Source: an uncultured Gemmatimonadales bacterium (GTDB lineage Bacteria; Gemmatimonadota; Gemmatimonadetes; Longimicrobiales; RSA9). From it: a stretch of DNA of 64,000 bases. Location of the stretch: assembly GCA_963741945.1 (NCBI GenBank), contig CAVUKA010000005.1:160001-224000 (forward strand). Direction: 5' to 3'. The position numbers and the translations under genes are program-made. Below are positions 1 to 10,378 of this stretch, piece after piece; the stretch's first letter is position 1, and each line of letters begins with the position of its first letter. The notes under the pieces were generated by a model. The model did not search any database. It was not told the origin of the DNA and saw only the letters and a program-made list of their open reading frames with translations.

Positions 1-1481
1 CGTCGGAGGCGGCGCTGCTGGTGGCGCTGGTCAAGAGTCCGGAGGGATACAATCCGCGGAAGAACCGGGAGCGGGCCGTCGAGCGCAGGAACATCGTGCT
101 CGGCGTCATGGCGCGCGCGGGAGTGATCGACAAGGCGACGGCGGCACGCGCCGTCCGCGAGCCGCTGGACCTCGCGCCGCCCCCTGATGCTGCGGGTCCC
201 GCGCCCTACTTCGTCGCCGAGGTGCGAAAGGAGCTGAAGGGGCGGTTCGGCCCGGATGCCGATGTTCGGGGACTCGTGGTCCACACGGGTTTGGACCCCG
301 AGCTCCAGCGCCTGGCGCACGCCGAGCTGCTGGCCCAGATCGGCCGCATCGAGGAAGGGCGCTACGGCAAGTACTCCCACCACCGCGGCGCTTCCAGCGA
401 CCCGGACGCGCCCGTCCTCCAGGGTCTCGTGGTGGTCATGGACCCGGCCACCGGCCTGCTCAGGGCGCTGGTCGGCGGGCGCGATTTCGCCACGTCCCAG
501 TTCGACCGCGCGCTGCAGGCCAGGCGGCAGCCGGGATCGGCGTTCAAACCCATCGTCTACGCCACGGCCCTGGAGGCGGGGCTTCCCCCCACCACCCGGC
601 TCTCCACCACCCCCGTCGAGATCGATGGCCCCGGCACCCCCCCATGGCGCCCGGGCGACCACCTGGCGGACTCCGTGACCACCCTCACCGTCCGGACCGC
701 CCTGGCCGTCTCGTCGAACAACGCCGCCGTGCGCCTCGGCCACTGGGTGGGCGAGAAGCGCGTGGCCGAGATGGGGAAGCGGCTCGGACTCACCACGCCG
801 ATCCCGCCATACCCGTCCATCAACCTGGGCTCCGCCGAAGTCATCCCCGCGGAGCTGGTGGCGGCGTTCGCGCCGTTCGGCAACGGCGGATACCTCGTGC
901 GTCCCACACTGATCCGGAGCGTGGAGGACGGCGAAGGCAACGTGCTCTGGGAAGCCGCGCCGCCCACGCGACAGGTGCTCTCCCCCGGCGTGGCCTTCCT
1001 CACGCTCAGCCTCCTCGAGGAGGTCGTGAACTCCGGAACCGCCGCCTCCGTCCGGCGTGATGGGTTCTGGCTGCCCGCCGCCGGCAAGACCGGGACGACG
1101 AACGACGGCAAGGACGTGTGGTTCGTCGGCCTGACACCGGACCTGGTGGCGGGCGTGTGGCTCGGCTTCGACCAGCCGCGCCCCATCCTCCCCGGCGCCA
1201 GCGGGGGTCGCCTGGCCGCCCCCGTCTGGGCCCACCTCATGGAGAAGGCCTACGAAAGTCGGCCGGCGCCCGCGCCCTGGGTTCCCCCGGCCAGCATCGT
1301 CAGCGCCCAGGTGGACGAGAAGACGGGCTACCTGGCCACCGGGAGCTGCCCCGCCGAGGACGTGCGCATCGAGTACTTCCTCGTCGGCACGGAGCCCCGC
1401 GACTACTGTCCCGTCCACCCCGAGAGCGGCATCGACCACATCTTCGATCGGCTCTGGAATCGCGTGCGCAGGATCTTTTAG
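1..1481 (+). CDS. mrcA: Class A penicillin-binding protein (PBP1A family), 5'-truncated by window
   Basis: End of transglycosylase domain plus transpeptidase motifs SAFK (SxxK), SSN (SxN), KTGT; RQPGS motif. Confidence 0.9.
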   Translation, partial: SEAALLVALVKSPEGYNPRKNRERAVERRNIVLGVMARAGVIDKATAARAVREPLDLAPPPDAAGPAPYFVAEVRKELKGRFGPDADVRGLVVHTGLDPELQRLAHAELLAQIGRIEEGRYGKYSHHRGASSDPDAPVLQGLVVVMDPATGLLRALVGGRDFATSQFDRALQARRQPGSAFKPIVYATALEAGLPPTTRLSTTPVEIDGPGTPPWRPGDHLADSVTTLTVRTALAVSSNNAAVRLGHWVGEKRVAEMGKRLGLTTPIPPYPSINLGSAEVIPAELVAAFAPFGNGGYLVRPTLIRSVEDGEGNVLWEAAPPTRQVLSPGVAFLTLSLLEEVVNSGTAASVRRDGFWLPAAGKTGTTNDGKDVWFVGLTPDLVAGVWLGFDQPRPILPGASGGRLAAPVWAHLMEKAYESRPAPAPWVPPASIVSAQVDEKTGYLATGSCPAEDVRIEYFLVGTEPRDYCPVHPESGIDHIFDRLWNRVRRIF

Positions 1482-1610
1482 CCACGCAGAGGCGCGGAGA
1501 ACCCCGTTTCACGCGGAGACGCGGAGATCGCGAAGAAAACCCATTTCACGCGGAGGCGCGAAGATCGCGAAGAAAACCCATTTCACGCGGAGAGGCGAAG
1601 ATCGCGGAGG
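1482..1610 (+). repeat. Tandem array of CACGCGGAG(A/G)CGCG(G/A)AG-core repeats, 37-bp period
   Basis: Units start at 1510, 1547 and 1584 with linker AAAACCCATTT; a degenerate copy begins right after the PBP stop. Confidence 0.9.
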
Positions 1611-1704
1611 GGGTCGCGGGCTCGGAGCGTGACGAGCCAGGCACCGTTCAGGGCCATGGTATGCGGATCGAACAGCCGGGCAGCGTGCACTCCCGCGCGG
1701 AGTC

Positions 1705-2149
1705 ACGCGCCTCCGCGTGATCGCCGTCTTGACGTTCTCCGCGTCCTCCGCGCCTCCGCGTGACCGCCGTTTCGACGTTCTCCGCGTCCTCCGCGCCTCC
1801 GCGTGACCGCCGTTTCGACGTTCTCCGCGTCCTCCGCGCCTCCGCGTGACCGCCGTTTCGACGTTCTCCGCGTCCTCCGCGCCTCCGCGTGATCGCCGTT
1901 TTGACGTTCTCCGCGTCCTCCGCGCCTCCGCGTGACCGCCGTTTTGACGTTCTCCGCGTCCTCCGCGCCTCCGCGTGACCGCCGTTTCGACGTTCTCCGC
2001 GTCCTCCGCGCCTCCGCGTGATCGCCGTTTCGACGTTCTCCGCGTCCTCCGCGCCTCCGCGTGATCGCCGTTTGACGTTCTCCGCGTCCTCCGCGCCTCC
2101 GCGTGGCCGCCGTTTTGACGTTCTCCGCGTCCTCCGCGCCTCCGCGTGA
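1705..2149 (-). repeat. Tandem array of ten 43-bp units, same repeat family in inverted orientation
   Basis: Plus-strand unit GTGA(C/T)CGCCGTTT(C/T)GACGTTCTCCGCGTCCTCCGCGCCTCCGC at 1717, 1760, 1803 ... 2061, 2103 (one unit is 42 bp); abuts trxB stop. Confidence 0.95.
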
Positions 2150-3160
2150 TCAGTCCGTCGCGGGCACCGGCGCCTCCGCCGTTTCGAGCACGGGCGACTC
2201 GCCGATCCCCTGGTGCGAGAGCCACCGCTCCGCCTCCAGCGCAGCCATGCAGCCGGTGCCGGCGGCCGTGATCGCCTGGCGATAGTAGTCGTCCATGACG
2301 TCACCGGCGGCGAACACGCCCTCGATCTCGGTGGCGGTGCGCCACGGCTTGGTCTTGATGTAGCCGTGCTCCGTGAGCTCGAGCTGACCGGCCAGGAACT
2401 CGGTGTTCGGCTTGTGGCCGATGGCAACGAACATCCCGCCTACCTCCACCTCGCTCCCCTCACCGGTGACGGTGTCCTCCAGCCGGATCCCCGTGATCTG
2501 GTCGTAGCCGATGACTTCGGTGACCACCTTGTTCCACAGGACCTCGATCTTCGGATGCTCCAGCACGCGCTCGGCCATGATCCGGGAGGCCCGGAGCTCG
2601 TCCCGCCGATGGATGACGTAGACCTTGCTCGCGAACTTGCTGGCGTACAGTGCCTCCTCCATGGCGGAGTCGCCACCGCCCACGACGGCCAGAACCTGGC
2701 CCCGGAAGATCGGGAGCGCCGCGTCGCACACCGCGCACGCCGACACACCGCCGCCACTCTGGGCCAGCCGCTCTTCGTTCGGCACGCCGAGCCAGCGGGC
2801 GTTCGCCCCCGTGGACACGATGACGGTGTGCGACTTCACCGTCTCACCGCCCCGCGTGGTGATGGTGAACGGGCGCTCGGCGAAGTCCACCTTCTCCACC
2901 ATCTCCATCTTCGAGCGCGTGCCGAAGCGTGTGGCCTGCTCCTTCATTCGCTCCATCAGCTCCGGCCCCGTGATCCCTTCCGGGAACCCGGGGAAGTTCT
3001 CGACTTCCGTGGTGATCATCAGCTGACCACCGGGCAGCATGATGCCCTCCGGCTCACCTTCGAGGAGGTAGGGGCCCAGGTCAGCCCGCGCCGCGTACAG
3101 TGCGGCTGTCCAGGCTGAAGGGCCCGACCCGATGATGACCACATTCTCGATCCGATCCAT
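2150..3160 (-). CDS. trxB: Thioredoxin-disulfide reductase
   Basis: GSGPSA FAD motif, GGQLMITTEVENFPGF, CAVC active site, GGGDSA, YRQAITAAGTG; start could be 3160-3172. Confidence 0.95.
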   Translation of the reverse strand: MDRIENVVIIGSGPSAWTAALYAARADLGPYLLEGEPEGIMLPGGQLMITTEVENFPGFPEGITGPELMERMKEQATRFGTRSKMEMVEKVDFAERPFTITTRGGETVKSHTVIVSTGANARWLGVPNEERLAQSGGGVSACAVCDAALPIFRGQVLAVVGGGDSAMEEALYASKFASKVYVIHRRDELRASRIMAERVLEHPKIEVLWNKVVTEVIGYDQITGIRLEDTVTGEGSEVEVGGMFVAIGHKPNTEFLAGQLELTEHGYIKTKPWRTATEIEGVFAAGDVMDDYYRQAITAAGTGCMAALEAERWLSHQGIGESPVLETAEAPVPATD

Positions 3161-3305
3161 GACCATACCCATCCCGATTTCAGTTCACTCTTTCCCGTGA
3201 TGCTGACGAAAGGTAAGATTCCTGCCAACCCCCTCCAACCCGAGCGGTTGCTGATCACATCGACACCATGCTAAACTGCGACGAAACGCAATCGATGCTC
3301 CGCGA

Positions 3306-4037
3306 ATGAGCTCTGCCCACAAGCCTGCTCCCACGAACCGCGCCGCGGAAGAGCTCCTCGCTTCTCTCGCCGGCATCGTCTCCGCCCACGTCGTCGCCGA
3401 CGAGGCCGGGCGCTTCGTCGAGGTCCATGTCCTCTGCGCCCCGGATATCCACCCCAAGCAGGTGGTCCGGAACGTCGAGTCGGCGCTGACCGCGGGGCTC
3501 GGGCTGCACATCGACCGGCGCGTGGTCAGTGTGGCCCAGATCCGGTCCAGCCTCGGCACCAACGGTCAGCCGGCGGACGGCGAGCTGCCCGCCCCCGTGG
3601 AGGACCTCCTGGCGCGCGAGGATTCCCCCGCTGACCACGTCAGGCCGGCGGCACACCGGGGCGACGCCGGCCGCGTCGAGTTTGTTCGCTTCGAAGCCCA
3701 CCGCGACGCGGAACGTTGCCGCTGCAATGTCACACTCCGTGCCGCGGAGAACGAGATCGTGGGCACCGGATGGGGCGCCGACACGGCGCCGGGCCGTGCG
3801 GAGGCCGCGGCCCGCGCGGTCCTGGACGCCCTCGGGCAGGCAAGGCCGGGGGTGCGCGTCGCGCTCGATGGCGCCGTCGTTTCCGCCGCGCGGGGACACA
3901 GCTTCGTCATTGTCGCCGCCCACGTCCTGCTCGATCGCGGGCTCGTCCCGCTCGCGGGTGCCGCCCCGCTGCACCGGTCACCGGAGGAAGCCGGCATTCT
4001 GGCCGCGCTCCAGGCTACCAACCGCTGGAGCGCCTGA
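3306..4037 (+). CDS. Hypothetical protein, C-terminal region resembling LeuA allosteric-domain fold
   Basis: Coherent ORF; EVHVL..PKQVVRNVESAL N-domain; GxG..AAARAVLDAL..ALQATNR C-domain. Confidence 0.75.
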   Translation: MSSAHKPAPTNRAAEELLASLAGIVSAHVVADEAGRFVEVHVLCAPDIHPKQVVRNVESALTAGLGLHIDRRVVSVAQIRSSLGTNGQPADGELPAPVEDLLAREDSPADHVRPAAHRGDAGRVEFVRFEAHRDAERCRCNVTLRAAENEIVGTGWGADTAPGRAEAAARAVLDALGQARPGVRVALDGAVVSAARGHSFVIVAAHVLLDRGLVPLAGAAPLHRSPEEAGILAALQATNRWSA

Positions 4038-4042
4038 GCGCC

Positions 4043-4654
4043 GTGGCTCGAGGCGACGCCGCTTCAGCCCTCGAACAGCTTCCCGGCGTACTTGCCGCCA
4101 CGATCCTCGCCGACTCCACCAGGATACCCCTCGTCTACCTGGCCGCCTCTCCCGAGACGGACCCCGAGACGCTCCGCGCGGCCGCCGCGATGGCGCTCGA
4201 GATCTTCGGCACGCCCACCCCCCTCGACCGGATCCACGTCGCCAGCCCCGCCCCCCAGAGGACGGCGCGCAGCCGCAGCGCGCTCCCCCGCTTCGCGTTC
4301 GACGGATTCGAAGTGCATCGCAGCGAGGGGCGGGCCACCTGCTCCGTACGACTGCGGGCGGACCGCAGACTGGTGGAAGGATCCGCCACTGAGCCGGATA
4401 CGCCGTCGGGATGCGCCCGGGCCGCCGCGCGGGCCACCCTCATTGCCGCGGAGGGGTTCGATCCGGACCTCCGCTTCGGCCTCGATGGGCTGCGGGTGAT
4501 CGACCTGTTCGGACACCGGGCGCTCGTGCTCCTCGTGGACGCCAATGCCGGACGCTCCCGGGTCCATCTGCCGGGCGTGGTGATGCTGGACCGGTCGCTC
4601 GAGGAGGCCGCCGCGCATGCGGTCATCCACGCACTGCGCACATGGGCGGTGTGA
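4043..4654 (+). CDS. Hypothetical protein, divergent paralog of 3306..4037
   Basis: GTG 5 nt after upstream stop, in frame with ORF 3716..4654; same two-domain pattern (RFxxFExHR, AxAAARAxL). Confidence 0.65.
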   Translation: MARGDAASALEQLPGVLAATILADSTRIPLVYLAASPETDPETLRAAAAMALEIFGTPTPLDRIHVASPAPQRTARSRSALPRFAFDGFEVHRSEGRATCSVRLRADRRLVEGSATEPDTPSGCARAAARATLIAAEGFDPDLRFGLDGLRVIDLFGHRALVLLVDANAGRSRVHLPGVVMLDRSLEEAAAHAVIHALRTWAV

Positions 4655-4726
4655 GAGGCCGGACTTCGCCCGGCGCGGAGGCGGAGGCGCGGCCACCCGG
4701 ACGCGGGTCTCCGGCGGGCGGGATGC

Positions 4727-5122
4727 CTACTTGGGGACGGTCGGGGGGCCGATGAACTTCTCCACCTCCTGGACCACGCGACGCGGCTCGACGGGCTTGG
4801 CCAGGTACCCGTCGCAGCCGGCCCGCACGGCCTTCGTGCGGTCTTCATCGAGGGCGTGGGCGGTGAGGGCGATGATCGGGATGGCCGCGGTTGCGTCATC
4901 GGCCTTGAGGCGCTGCGTGGCCTCCCACCCATCGATTTTCGGAATGGAGATGTCCATGAGGATGATGTCCGGCCGGTTCGACCGGGCCGAGGCCACCCCC
5001 TCCTCACCATCCCGGGCCTCGATCACGCGGAATCCCACATGCTCCAGGATCGTGCGGTAGACCACGAGGTTGTCCTCGTTGTCCTCGACGAGCAGAACGG
5101 TCTTTTCCGCCTTGTCACTCAT
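4727..5122 (-). CDS. Single-domain response regulator (DivK/CheY-like)
   Basis: VLLVEDN, DIILMDISIPKIDG, IIALTAHA, YLAKP. Confidence 0.92.
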   Translation of the reverse strand: MSDKAEKTVLLVEDNEDNLVVYRTILEHVGFRVIEARDGEEGVASARSNRPDIILMDISIPKIDGWEATQRLKADDATAAIPIIALTAHALDEDRTKAVRAGCDGYLAKPVEPRRVVQEVEKFIGPPTVPK

Positions 5123-5145
5123 CCGCCTGACCTCGGCCCGGGTTG

Positions 5146-6189
5146 TCAATCGCGGCCGGCGGCTGCCGGCAGCGGCTCCTCACGGTCCTTGAACACCTTC
5201 AGATTCGTCGAATGCCCCGCCGAAAGCCTCGCCTTCGGGTCGATGAAGTGGACGGCGTGATTCACCGCCACCGCCGCTTCCGAGAACCCCGTGGCGATCA
5301 GCTCGAGCTTCCCCTCGTACGAGGTGATGTCTCCTGCGGCGAAAACGCCCGGGATGTTGGTGGCCATGGTCGGAGCCACCTTCACGCTGTTGCGCTCCAG
5401 CTCGAGTCCCCAGCCCGCGAGCGGTCCCAGGTCGGGACGGAACCCGATGAGCGAGAGCACCGCGTCCACTTCGAACCGCTCGTCCTCATCCGTACGATTG
5501 TCGAAGATGGTCACCGCCGTCACGCAGTCCGAGCCGTGGATGGCCCGGACTTCACGGTGTGTCAGCAGCTCGATCTTCCCCGCGTCCACGGCCTCGAACA
5601 GCTGCCGCATCGAATGCGCGTGGGCACGGAAGCCCTCGCGGCGATGGATCAGGATCAGGCGCTCCGTCTCGTCCTTCAACCCCAGCGCCCAGTCCACGGC
5701 GGAGTCGCCGCCGCCCACGATCAACACACGCTTGCCGCGGTAGAGCGCCGGCTCCCGCACGTGGTAGGACACGCCGCTGCCCAGCAGCTCGTCGTACCCG
5801 GGGCACTCCAGCACCCTCGGTGAGAACGCACCCTTGCCCGCCGCGATGATGACGGCGCGGCTGCGGTAGCGGCCCCGGTCGGTCACCAGGGTGAAGCCGT
5901 CCTCCTCCCGGGCCAGCTCCCGGACTTCCTCCTCCAGGTGGATCTCCGGATCGAACTGCGTGCCCTGCTCCACCAGGTTCCGCACCAGGTCCCGCCCCAG
6001 GATCCTGGGGAAGCCGCCCACGTCGTAGATGTACTTCTCCGGGTACAGCGCCATCAGCTGGCCGCCCAGCTCCGGCAGCGAGTCCACGATCCGCACTGTG
6101 GCACCGCGCATGCCTGCGTAGAAGGCGGCGAACAGCCCCGTGGGGCCGCCGCCGATGATGTTGATGTCGCGACGTTCTGCTTCGACCAC
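5146..6189 (-). CDS. Ferredoxin--NADP+ reductase (TrxR-type, YumC-like)
   Basis: GGGPTGLFAAFYAGMR, GGQLMALYPEKYIYDVGGF, GGGDSAVD, no CxxC. Confidence 0.9.
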   Translation of the reverse strand: MVEAERRDINIIGGGPTGLFAAFYAGMRGATVRIVDSLPELGGQLMALYPEKYIYDVGGFPRILGRDLVRNLVEQGTQFDPEIHLEEEVRELAREEDGFTLVTDRGRYRSRAVIIAAGKGAFSPRVLECPGYDELLGSGVSYHVREPALYRGKRVLIVGGGDSAVDWALGLKDETERLILIHRREGFRAHAHSMRQLFEAVDAGKIELLTHREVRAIHGSDCVTAVTIFDNRTDEDERFEVDAVLSLIGFRPDLGPLAGWGLELERNSVKVAPTMATNIPGVFAAGDITSYEGKLELIATGFSEAAVAVNHAVHFIDPKARLSAGHSTNLKVFKDREEPLPAAAGRD

Positions 6190-6313
6190 GTCTTCTATTC
6201 CCGTGGGGATCCACTCGAGAGTTGCGGCGCCATCGTACCCCAGCGCGATTCCGGCGGCAACCTCGGCGCAGCAGCCGCCTCAGGATGCAAGGGGTATTCC
6301 CGCCGTGCCCGCT

Positions 6314-7564
6314 CTACCCGCCCTTCCCGAGGTAGAGCTCGGACTCGCGGTAGCGCCCCAGCCCCAGCCCGACCAGGAGCTTGACCAGAATGGCCCCGGG
6401 AATGGCGAGCAGGAGGCCGACGAATCCGAAGAAGAACCCGGCGATCGCCAGGGCGAGGATCACCCAGACGGGGTGCAGTCCCACGGACCCGCCCACGACC
6501 CGCGGACCGAGAACGTTGCCATCGAGGAACTGGACGACGAAGAACACCACCGCCAGCTTGACCAGGTTGGCAAGGAACGACCCGCTCACCACGGCGATGA
6601 TGAGGCCGGGGACCAGGCTGACCACGAGCCCGAGGTACGGGACCAGGTTGAAGACGCCCGCCACGGCACCCACCAGCCCCGAATAGGGGAACCCCGCGAT
6701 CCACAGCCCGACCCAGGTCAGGACGCCCACCAGCGCGGCCTCGATCAGCTGACCGCGCAGGTACCGGGAGAGGAGGCGGTCGTACTCTTTCACGAACGCC
6801 GACCACCCCGCCTGCCGCGGCCTGGGAACGTACGTCCCGAGGCGGGCTACCATCCCGTCGTAGTCGCGCAGCAGGTAGAACGTCAGGACGGGCGTGAGCA
6901 CCACGTAGCCCAGCACGGTCAGGACGCCGACCAGTCCGCGTCCCACGCCGAGCACAGCCTGCCAGCCGTGCTGCGCGATCGCTGCGCGGCGCGCCTGCAG
7001 GTACTCGGTGATCCGCTCGGGTGTCAGCTCGCGGAGACGGGCGGCCAGCGCCGTATCGTCGATGAAGGGGATGTCCACGCCCAGCAGCCCCTGTCGCAAT
7101 CCCTCGATCCAGCGCGCCACCCGGTCCACGAGCTCGGGCGCCCGCCGGATGAGGCTCTCCACCTGGCCGGTCAGCGCCGGGATCCCGAACACGAGCAGCA
7201 GGACCAGGAGACCGGCCACGGGCAATCCCAGGATCAGAACGGCCACGCCTCGGGAGAGCCGGAGCCGCTCGAGCCGGTCCACCACGGGATCCAGGATGTA
7301 GGCCAGGAAGAAGGCGAGGACGAACGGGGCCAGGAGCGTTCCCATGGCCCGAAGCAGCCAGAGCCCGAGCAGGACGGTGGTCGTGCCCACCACCAGCCGA
7401 TGGAACGTGCTCCCGGTGTACGGCGTCAGGAGGACGAGAAGGGCCACGAACAGCACGAGGGGCGACAGAACCTCGTTCACTTCGAAGAGGTAGAGGCCGA
7501 GCACACCGAGCACGGCCACACCATGCACCCAGCGCCAGTCCACTACCTGCATCGGCTGCTTCAT
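6314..7564 (-). CDS. AI-2E family transporter
   Basis: Multi-TM; LAYILDPVVDRLE, YLRGQL, NLVPYLG, GLHPVWVILAL, GLLLAIP. Confidence 0.9.
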   Translation of the reverse strand: MKQPMQVVDWRWVHGVAVLGVLGLYLFEVNEVLSPLVLFVALLVLLTPYTGSTFHRLVVGTTTVLLGLWLLRAMGTLLAPFVLAFFLAYILDPVVDRLERLRLSRGVAVLILGLPVAGLLVLLLVFGIPALTGQVESLIRRAPELVDRVARWIEGLRQGLLGVDIPFIDDTALAARLRELTPERITEYLQARRAAIAQHGWQAVLGVGRGLVGVLTVLGYVVLTPVLTFYLLRDYDGMVARLGTYVPRPRQAGWSAFVKEYDRLLSRYLRGQLIEAALVGVLTWVGLWIAGFPYSGLVGAVAGVFNLVPYLGLVVSLVPGLIIAVVSGSFLANLVKLAVVFFVVQFLDGNVLGPRVVGGSVGLHPVWVILALAIAGFFFGFVGLLLAIPGAILVKLLVGLGLGRYRESELYLGKGG

Positions 7565-7577
7565 GTCCCGGCCCCGT

Positions 7578-8057
7578 TCAGTCGCCGTCCGGCACCGCTA
7601 GAACGCGAGCGCCCGCCGACTCCAGTACCGTCCGCGCGTTGTCGTACGTGAGCGTCTGGAGCGCTGCGGGCAGCGGCAGCCACAGGCAGGCCGTGATCCC
7701 TTCCTCCACCTGAGGGGTGGTGGCTTCCGTTTCCGTTTCCATCAGGAAGAAATGGCAGTACTTGTGGATCAGGTCGGCCCCTTCGCGGAAGAACCAGTCG
7801 ATGGTGGCCAGCGGGTCGTGCAGCCGCAGGTCGGCGATCCCCGTCTCCTCCTGGACCTCGCGGAGCGCCGTCTGCTCGGCCGTTTCACCGCGCTCCACGT
7901 GCCCCTTCGGCAGGCCCCAGTTGTGGTACGGATCACGGATCAGCAGGAAGTACACCTCCGTGCCGTCCCTGCGGAACACCACTCCACCCGCGCTCGTCTC
8001 GATCCGGACCGGACGCCGCGGCCCGGATCGTCGACGCGACCCCGTCCCCTTACTCAC
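7578..8057 (-). CDS. NUDIX hydrolase (Ap4A hydrolase-like)
   Basis: Nudix box GHVERGETAEQTALREVQEETG; SAGGVV, WGLPKG. Confidence 0.9.
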   Translation of the reverse strand: MSKGTGSRRRSGPRRPVRIETSAGGVVFRRDGTEVYFLLIRDPYHNWGLPKGHVERGETAEQTALREVQEETGIADLRLHDPLATIDWFFREGADLIHKYCHFFLMETETEATTPQVEEGITACLWLPLPAALQTLTYDNARTVLESAGARVLAVPDGD

Positions 8058-9024
8058 GCAGGAGAGCCGCTATCTGCACGGCGTTGGTCGCCGCGCCCTT
8101 GCGCAGGTTGTCTGCCACGATCCACATGTGGACAAGGTGCGCCCGATCGGGATCGCGCCGCAATCGCCCCACCCACACATCATCCGTTCCCGCCACATCG
8201 CGGGGCGTCGGATCCCGGCCTTCTTCCGCCACGCGGACGCCCGGCTCACGCTCCAGCGCCTCGCGCGCCTCCGCCACCGTCAGTGCGTGCGCGAGCTCCA
8301 CCACTGCGCTGACCGCGTGCCCCACTTCCACGGGCACCCGAGCGCACGTGGCCGTCACCTCCAGCGACGGCAGCCCCAGGATCTTGCGGGTTTCGTTCCG
8401 CATCTTCTCCTCCTCCTCCGTCCAGCCGTCGGCAGCCATGGGGCCGACGCGCGGAATCACGTTCCCTGCGATCGTGCCGGGGAACGGCGAAGCATCGGCG
8501 CGCGCGCCGCCCAGCTCGGTCCGGTACGCCCGCACCCCCTTCTGTCCGGCGCCAGAGACCGACTGGTAAGTCGTCGCGGCAACGCGGACCAGGCCGGCGG
8601 CGAGGTGGAGGGCGTGGAGCGGGATCACCAGCTGGATGGTCGAGCAGTTCGGGTTGGCAATGATCCCCTTCGGCCTGGATCGCGCCTGCTCTCCGTTCAC
8701 TTCGGGGACGACGAGCGGGACGTCCGCGTCCATCCGCCATGCGGACGAGTTGTCCACCACCACCGCGCCTTCCGACGCGGCCACCGGCGCCCATTCCCGG
8801 CTGACCGCCGCGCCGGCCGAGAACAGGGCGACGTCGCAGCCGGCGAAGGCACCGGGCCGCGGCACCTCCACGGCCCACTCACCCCCGCGCCACGGCAGCC
8901 GCGTGCCCCGGGACCGCTCGGATGCCAGCGGCACCAGCACGTCCGCTTCCGGCAGCCGCTCTTCCAGCAGCTGCAGCATGGTACGGCCCACGGCCCCCGT
9001 CGCCCCCAGCACCGCTACCTTCAC
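8050..9024 (-). CDS. asd: Aspartate-semialdehyde dehydrogenase
   Basis: [42 protein letters not shown]. Confidence 0.96.
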   Translation of the reverse strand: MKVAVLGATGAVGRTMLQLLEERLPEADVLVPLASERSRGTRLPWRGGEWAVEVPRPGAFAGCDVALFSAGAAVSREWAPVAASEGAVVVDNSSAWRMDADVPLVVPEVNGEQARSRPKGIIANPNCSTIQLVIPLHALHLAAGLVRVAATTYQSVSGAGQKGVRAYRTELGGARADASPFPGTIAGNVIPRVGPMAADGWTEEEEKMRNETRKILGLPSLEVTATCARVPVEVGHAVSAVVELAHALTVAEAREALEREPGVRVAEEGRDPTPRDVAGTDDVWVGRLRRDPDRAHLVHMWIVADNLRKGAATNAVQIAALLRE

Positions 9025-10262
9025 GCCTCGCCCCCCCTCGCCAGGCCGAACGTCTCGTGCATCAGGCGCACGGCACGCGTCTCCTGCCCGCCGTCCACCA
9101 TGAGGATGATGGACACCGACGACGAGGAGACCGCGCGCACCTCCACGCCCGCGGCGCTCAGCGTCTCGAACACGAGGGCGAAGACACCGGGCCGCTTGTG
9201 CATGCCGCTGCCCACGAGCGCCACGCGCGCCAGGCCCCGCCGCTCATCCACCCCGTCACCGCCCAGCTCCCGGACCACCGCCTGGCAGATCGCCTCTGCC
9301 GTATCGAGCTCGGCTTCGCTCACCGTGATCTGGACCGCCCGGCCACCATCTGCGTCATCGAGCTGCGTGAGCAGGTCCACGCTGACCCCGGCTTCCATGA
9401 GCCGCGACAGAGCGGTGGTCATCGTGATCATGCTCGCCGGCAGACCCCGCAGCACGAGTTGCGCGTAGCTCCCTTCCGACGCGATGCCCGTGATCGCCGG
9501 ATCTTCCATCGTGGCCTGCCTGGATGTGATCAGAGTCCCTCCTTCCTCTCCCGCCACGAGCGAGGACAGCACGCGCACCGCTACCCCGTAGCGGGCGGCG
9601 ATTTCCACCGCCCGCGGATGCAGGACCCGGGCACCCGAGACCGCCAGCTCCACCATCTCCTCGTATGCCACGGCGGGCAGCAGGCGGGCGTCCGGCACCA
9701 TCCGCGGGTCGGCGCTGAAGACGCCATCCACGTCCGTGAAGACATCGCACCGCTCCGCGCCGAGCGCCGCGGCCAGCGCCACGGCCGTGGTGTCCGACCC
9801 GCCCCGCCCCAGTGTGGTCACTTCACGGCTGCGACTCACGCCCTGGAACCCGGCGACGATGACCACGCGGCCGCCTGCCAGTTCCTCCCGCACCCGGTCC
9901 GCCCGCACTTCCTCGATGCGCGCGCCGGTGTGGTGCGAATCCGTGATGATCGCGGCTTGCGAGCCCGTGAAGCTGATCGCTTCCACGCCGGCCTCACGGA
10001 TCGCCATGGCCAGGAGCGCCATCGAGATCCGCTCGCCCGCCGTCAGGAGCATGTCCATCTCGCGGGGATGCCGGCGCTCCGGACCGTCGCTGACCGAGCG
10101 CGCCAGCGCGACCAGGTCGTCCGTGGTGTCCCCCATTGCAGACACCACCACCACCAGGTCATGCCCGTCACCGCGGAAACGGCACACCCGCTCCGCCACT
10201 CGCCGGATCCGCTCCGGAGTGCCCACGGACGTGCCGCCGTACTTCTGAACCAGTAGCGCCAT
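9021..10262 (-). CDS. lysC: Aspartate kinase
   Basis: [31 protein letters not shown]-terminal ACT domains. Confidence 0.95.
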   Translation of the reverse strand: MALLVQKYGGTSVGTPERIRRVAERVCRFRGDGHDLVVVVSAMGDTTDDLVALARSVSDGPERRHPREMDMLLTAGERISMALLAMAIREAGVEAISFTGSQAAIITDSHHTGARIEEVRADRVREELAGGRVVIVAGFQGVSRSREVTTLGRGGSDTTAVALAAALGAERCDVFTDVDGVFSADPRMVPDARLLPAVAYEEMVELAVSGARVLHPRAVEIAARYGVAVRVLSSLVAGEEGGTLITSRQATMEDPAITGIASEGSYAQLVLRGLPASMITMTTALSRLMEAGVSVDLLTQLDDADGGRAVQITVSEAELDTAEAICQAVVRELGGDGVDERRGLARVALVGSGMHKRPGVFALVFETLSAAGVEVRAVSSSSVSIILMVDGGQETRAVRLMHETFGLARGGEA

Positions 10263-10378
10263 CAACGCCCCGCTGCCGCCGCCCCGCTCCAGGGCGGGTG
10301 GCGCAAGTTGCCCATCCCGCCCTCCCCGACGCAACTGGCGGACCGCCCCCCGCTGGGCGCCAGGCGGAGCGGCGCCCG

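Noticed and set aside
1705-2149. Possible CRISPR array
   Set aside because: Units are near-identical along their full length with no unique spacers; no cas genes in the window
1509-2427. Repetitive Arg-rich ORFs (HAEARRTRR..)
   Set aside because: Translation of the 43-bp DNA repeat; the period is not a multiple of 3
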